A stretch of 64,000 nucleotides of DNA, taken from an uncultured Trueperaceae bacterium. GTDB lineage: Bacteria > Deinococcota > Deinococci > Deinococcales > Trueperaceae. This document shows, piece by piece, positions 60,638-64,000 of the stretch (its first letter is position 1; each line of letters opens with the position of its first letter). The notes under the pieces were generated by a model. That model was not told the DNA's origin. It searched no databases and saw only the letters and a program-made list of their open reading frames with translations. The translations under genes and the position numbers were made by a program. The stretch lies in the NCBI GenBank assembly GCA_963799485.1, contig CAWCXJ010000006.1:640001-704000 (forward strand), given 5' to 3'.

Positions 60638-60663
60638 CCTGCCCCAAGGGGCAGGGTTTTTTT
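60638..60663 (+). terminator. tRNA terminator
   Basis: CCTGCCC-caag-GGGCAGG followed by GTTTTTTT. Confidence 0.85.
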
Positions 60664-60839
60664 GTTGTGTACTGAACTGTATTGTGTACTAAACCTGTCC
60701 GGCCCCGGTGACCCCGGTTTGACGTTCAAGCCGGGGCCGGTACACCCCAAGGTATGCGCCTAAGAGAGATCGGGCGTAAACGTGAGTAGAGAAGAGCTTT
60801 GGCATACCAGTGCAAAATGAGCGACTGCCTTGGCCTGTC

Positions 60840-61103
60840 TCAGCTTTCAGCGGGGCGTTTAAGAATAAGCGACGAGCTTGTGAGGTGGATGTCGTGAGTT
60901 TTTTTGCTTTCATCGACCGAGCTCATGTCCATCACGCCGGCAAGCTCCCAGCCCTCAGCGCCCAACCTGCCGAGCAGGTCGATAAGCCGTGTTCCGGGGG
61001 CGACCTGTTCGGGCTCGCCCTTACCTAGAATGATGAGGCGACTGTGCCCCTCTTTAACCGGCCTGGTCGTCATCATGACCTGCAAATAATCCCATTTGTT
61101 CAT
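60840..61103 (-). CDS. Small hypothetical protein (DUF4177-like)
   Basis: M.KWDY, L.RLGAEGWEL, ILKRP pattern. TACCAT-6nt-ATG. Confidence 0.7.
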   Translation of the reverse strand: MNKWDYLQVMMTTRPVKEGHSRLIILGKGEPEQVAPGTRLIDLLGRLGAEGWELAGVMDMSSVDESKKTHDIHLTSSSLILKRPAES

Positions 61104-61231
61104 ACGCCTATGGTAGCCGAAACCGCCGCCCGGTGCAGGCGGCGTGCTGTGTTGTCTTGACAACGCAGCAAGGTGAGATCACACCGCGAAACAACCCGGT
61201 TGGAACAAAGCTACAAATTAGGGTTACGCGA

Positions 61232-62440
61232 CTAACCGCTAAAAACGGCGCGTTTACCGCCCAGCTCGAGCTGTAGCGTTACTACACGACCGCCCCGCTC
61301 GACCTCGAGTTCAACGGTCTGCCCGACCTGTTTACGGCGCAACACCCCGACCAGCGCGTCGGAAGTGGGCGTCGGTTCGCCGTCGACCGAAACGATCACG
61401 TCGGCGATGATCTGCACCGATTCCCGGCCGAAGACCTGCCGCTGCACGGCGTCGCGCAGACCTGCTTGGGCGGCGGGGCCGTTTGGGGCGACCCGACCAA
61501 CGATAACGCCCGGCAACGGGCCCAGCTCGAGGCCCGTCGGCAGCGCCGGGTCGTAGCTTTCTAGCCCCGGCAAGCCGATAACGAACCCGATAACCGGCAC
61601 GTCGCGCTGCTCACCCGCCCGGAGCGCCGCCAAAACCTCACTGTTTGAAACAACCGGTACCGCGTAGGCCGCGTAACCATCGTCTTCGGGGAGCAGCTCG
61701 CGCAGCGGGAAGAGTCCCGACCGTGGCGCGGAGATAGTACGGCGCGGCATAAAGGCGATATAGCTGACGACGCCGACGGCGCGCCCGGCTTCATCTAAAA
61801 CCGGGCCGCCCGAATCGCCAGGGGCGAGCGCGGCGGTCAGTTCGAACGTTCCGTCGGCAAAACTCGCCTGCACCGCCGCGACGTTCAGGCGGCGCACCTC
61901 ACCCGCGCGCCCCTGCAAGAAGTCGCCGCGACTGTTGCCGATCGCGACGACGCTGCTGCCGACGACAGGGCCCCCCGGTGACACCTCGAGGTAAGGCACG
62001 TCTTCGGCGTCTAAAGCCTTTAGGAGGGCCAGGTCGCGGTACGCGTCGAAGCCGACAAGCTCGAGAGCGTAGCGTTTTCCGCCCGGGCTGAGCGCGCTCA
62101 GCGTCACCTCACCGGGGACGTTCGCGCCTGCGTCGATTACGTGATAGGCCGTCAACACGAGGCCGTCAGGTGAAATAAAAAAACCCGTCCCGACGCCGAG
62201 GGGCGTACCGGAAAAGGTCATCAGGCTCGAGCCGATCTCGATCTGCAAGGTTGCCGGACGCGCCTTTTCAAAAGTGTCTAGCAGCGCCCCGGTAGGCGGC
62301 ACCACCGCCGGTAACTCGGGAGCACGCCGCTGCACAAGGGCCGCTTCAGGCGGCGGGCTCGGATAAAACTCGTAAAAAACAAGGGTTGTGGCGAGCAGGG
62401 AGAGCAGAAGAAGAAACCGGAGCGGCTTAAAACGCGTCAT
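61232..62440 (-). CDS. HtrA/DegP-like S1C serine protease with PDZ domain
   Basis: GTGF, LTAYHV, DLALL, PGDSGGP, C-terminal PDZ, N-terminal TM segment. Confidence 0.92.
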   Translation of the reverse strand: MTRFKPLRFLLLLSLLATTLVFYEFYPSPPPEAALVQRRAPELPAVVPPTGALLDTFEKARPATLQIEIGSSLMTFSGTPLGVGTGFFISPDGLVLTAYHVIDAGANVPGEVTLSALSPGGKRYALELVGFDAYRDLALLKALDAEDVPYLEVSPGGPVVGSSVVAIGNSRGDFLQGRAGEVRRLNVAAVQASFADGTFELTAALAPGDSGGPVLDEAGRAVGVVSYIAFMPRRTISAPRSGLFPLRELLPEDDGYAAYAVPVVSNSEVLAALRAGEQRDVPVIGFVIGLPGLESYDPALPTGLELGPLPGVIVGRVAPNGPAAQAGLRDAVQRQVFGRESVQIIADVIVSVDGEPTPTSDALVGVLRRKQVGQTVELEVERGGRVVTLQLELGGKRAVFSG

Positions 62441-62697
62441 TACAGTGCGGCACCTTTCGCGTGGCGGGGCTCTCCACGAACGGTTTTCGGCCGAATCCAA
62501 AAAGCGTGACGCAAGAGCGTTGACTAGTCCAGTTTACGGCGCTGCAGAGCGAGGAACTGTCAGCTACCGGGCGCTTGCAGTGTGCTTGTGATGTGCTTAC
62601 CGCGTGCTTACGGTGTGCTCTGCCGTCACCATAAGCTTTGCCGAAGCTGCGCCCGAACCTCACACATTAAAACACCCGGAGTAGGTATAGTCGCTCT

Positions 62698-63822
62698 ATG
62701 ACGCCCCGCCCCACTACGGCTTCAGTTGAGCTTGGCAGCCCGAGCTCCAACAACCCGAGTCCCGGCAGCTCGAGCCCCAGTGATTCGAGCCCCAATAATC
62801 AGGGAGAAGCCGACTACGTAGGCTGTATTGCCGAAATCGCCCGGACCCTCGAGACCTGGAACGGCCCGGTCGTCCTCGCCACCCACGTCGATCCGGACGG
62901 CGACGCCTTAGGCAGCTCACTCGCGCTCAAACGGGCACTCGCGGTTTTGGGCAAAGAAACGCTGCTGCCTTGTACGCCGCCGCGTTACCTCGAGTTTCTC
63001 GCCGAACCCGGTGAACTTTCAGCGCCCCTCGAAGCGCTGCCGGACGGTGCGCTCGTCCTCGTCCTCGACGTCGAGGTAAGTAACCGGCTGGCGGGTGTAC
63101 CGGTCGTTGACACAGCGGTCACGGGCGCGGCCTTGACCGTCGTTCTAGACCACCACGGGACCAACAACCGCGCCGGCGACCTCGTGTGCGTACAACCGGG
63201 CAGCGCCGCGACCGCGCAGCTGGTCAAAGACGTTATCGACGCGCTGCCGCTGGCGTGGACACCCGAACTCGCGACGCCCTGCCTGACGGGTTTACTCACC
63301 GATACCGGCAACTTCCGCTATACCAACACGACCCCCGAGGTACTCCGCGCCGCCGCCGATTTGCTGATAGAGGGCGTCGACTACGCCGAACTCAACGACC
63401 GGCTGGCGTGGCGGCATCCCGACTATTTCCGGATGCTCGGCAAGGTGATGAGTACTGCCAGCTTCCCCTTTGGTGGCCTCGTCGCCTACGCCGAGATTAC
63501 CCGGGCGATGCGCGACGAAATCGGGCCGACCGACGACGACTCGAGCGACTACGTGGGGCTGATTCGTTACGCTGCGGGCAGCGTCGTGGCGCTTTTTTTA
63601 CGCGAAGAACCCCCTGAAAACGGGCAACCTAAAGTCAAGGTCTCGGTGCGCGCACGGCGCGGCGTCTCGGCGCAGGCCATCTGTGTGGCTTTAGGCGGCG
63701 GTGGACACGTCGCCGCCGCGGGCGCAACCTTGAGAGTCGGCTTGGAGGAGGCCAAGGCGCGAGTTTTGGAGGCTGTACGGGCAGAACTCGAGCGGGCGGG
63801 TTACGACGTACCGGCAACGTAA
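62698..63822 (+). CDS. nrnA: DHH/DHHA1 phosphoesterase (NrnA-like oligoribonuclease/pAp phosphatase)
   Basis: HVDPDGDALGS, LDHH, TDTGNF, VSVR, GGGGHVAAAG. Confidence 0.88.
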   Translation: MTPRPTTASVELGSPSSNNPSPGSSSPSDSSPNNQGEADYVGCIAEIARTLETWNGPVVLATHVDPDGDALGSSLALKRALAVLGKETLLPCTPPRYLEFLAEPGELSAPLEALPDGALVLVLDVEVSNRLAGVPVVDTAVTGAALTVVLDHHGTNNRAGDLVCVQPGSAATAQLVKDVIDALPLAWTPELATPCLTGLLTDTGNFRYTNTTPEVLRAAADLLIEGVDYAELNDRLAWRHPDYFRMLGKVMSTASFPFGGLVAYAEITRAMRDEIGPTDDDSSDYVGLIRYAAGSVVALFLREEPPENGQPKVKVSVRARRGVSAQAICVALGGGGHVAAAGATLRVGLEEAKARVLEAVRAELERAGYDVPAT

Positions 63823-64000
63823 CCGAAAAAGACAACCGGGTTACTTTGCTTGCACCGGTACGTTCGCCTTCACGTAAGGCGTTGCCTGATACGGTTGCCC
63901 AATACTACTGCCTGACACCGGCGTTTTACGCGCTTATTCTTGATTCTCAGTACCCAAAGACGACGGTCAAAACAGCTAAGACGGCCCGACAGCTTCCCTG

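Noticed and set aside
62734..62800. Imperfect 15-bp repeats in the Ser/Pro-rich N-terminus of the DHH protein
   Set aside because: Ordinary disordered extension.

Overview
A 64 kb, roughly 60% GC chromosomal window. The gene content, the small RHH regulator next to murA and the many leaderless starts point to Deinococcota, probably Truepera-like (inference). Housekeeping genes: leuA, cimA, a lone gltB, murA, guaB, rbfA, lon, minC, ispH, an HtrA protease, a DHH phosphoesterase and tRNA-Ile(GAT). A 10 kb cell-wall-sugar salvage locus (17.9-28.2 kb) holds a GlcN6P deaminase-like SIS protein, murQ, a GntR regulator, an AmiE-like serine hydrolase, a secreted nagZ, anmK, a collapsed namZ pseudogene the ORF track misses, and a sugar ABC importer. 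The best candidate for an undescribed system is a low-GC two-gene islet (1510-2677) between leuA and cimA, encoding a multi-pass membrane protein and a protein with lysozyme/lytic-transglycosylase-like motifs. Other signals: strong over-representation of CTCGAG, a dispersed heptamer-built REP-like element, a murA promoter bracketed by inverted repeats, 11-bp phased repeats upstream of htrA, IS701 and ISAs1 remnants, and several genes decayed by internal deletion. No CRISPR array, rRNA or intact prophage was seen. All family calls are by-eye motif recognition; no searches were run.
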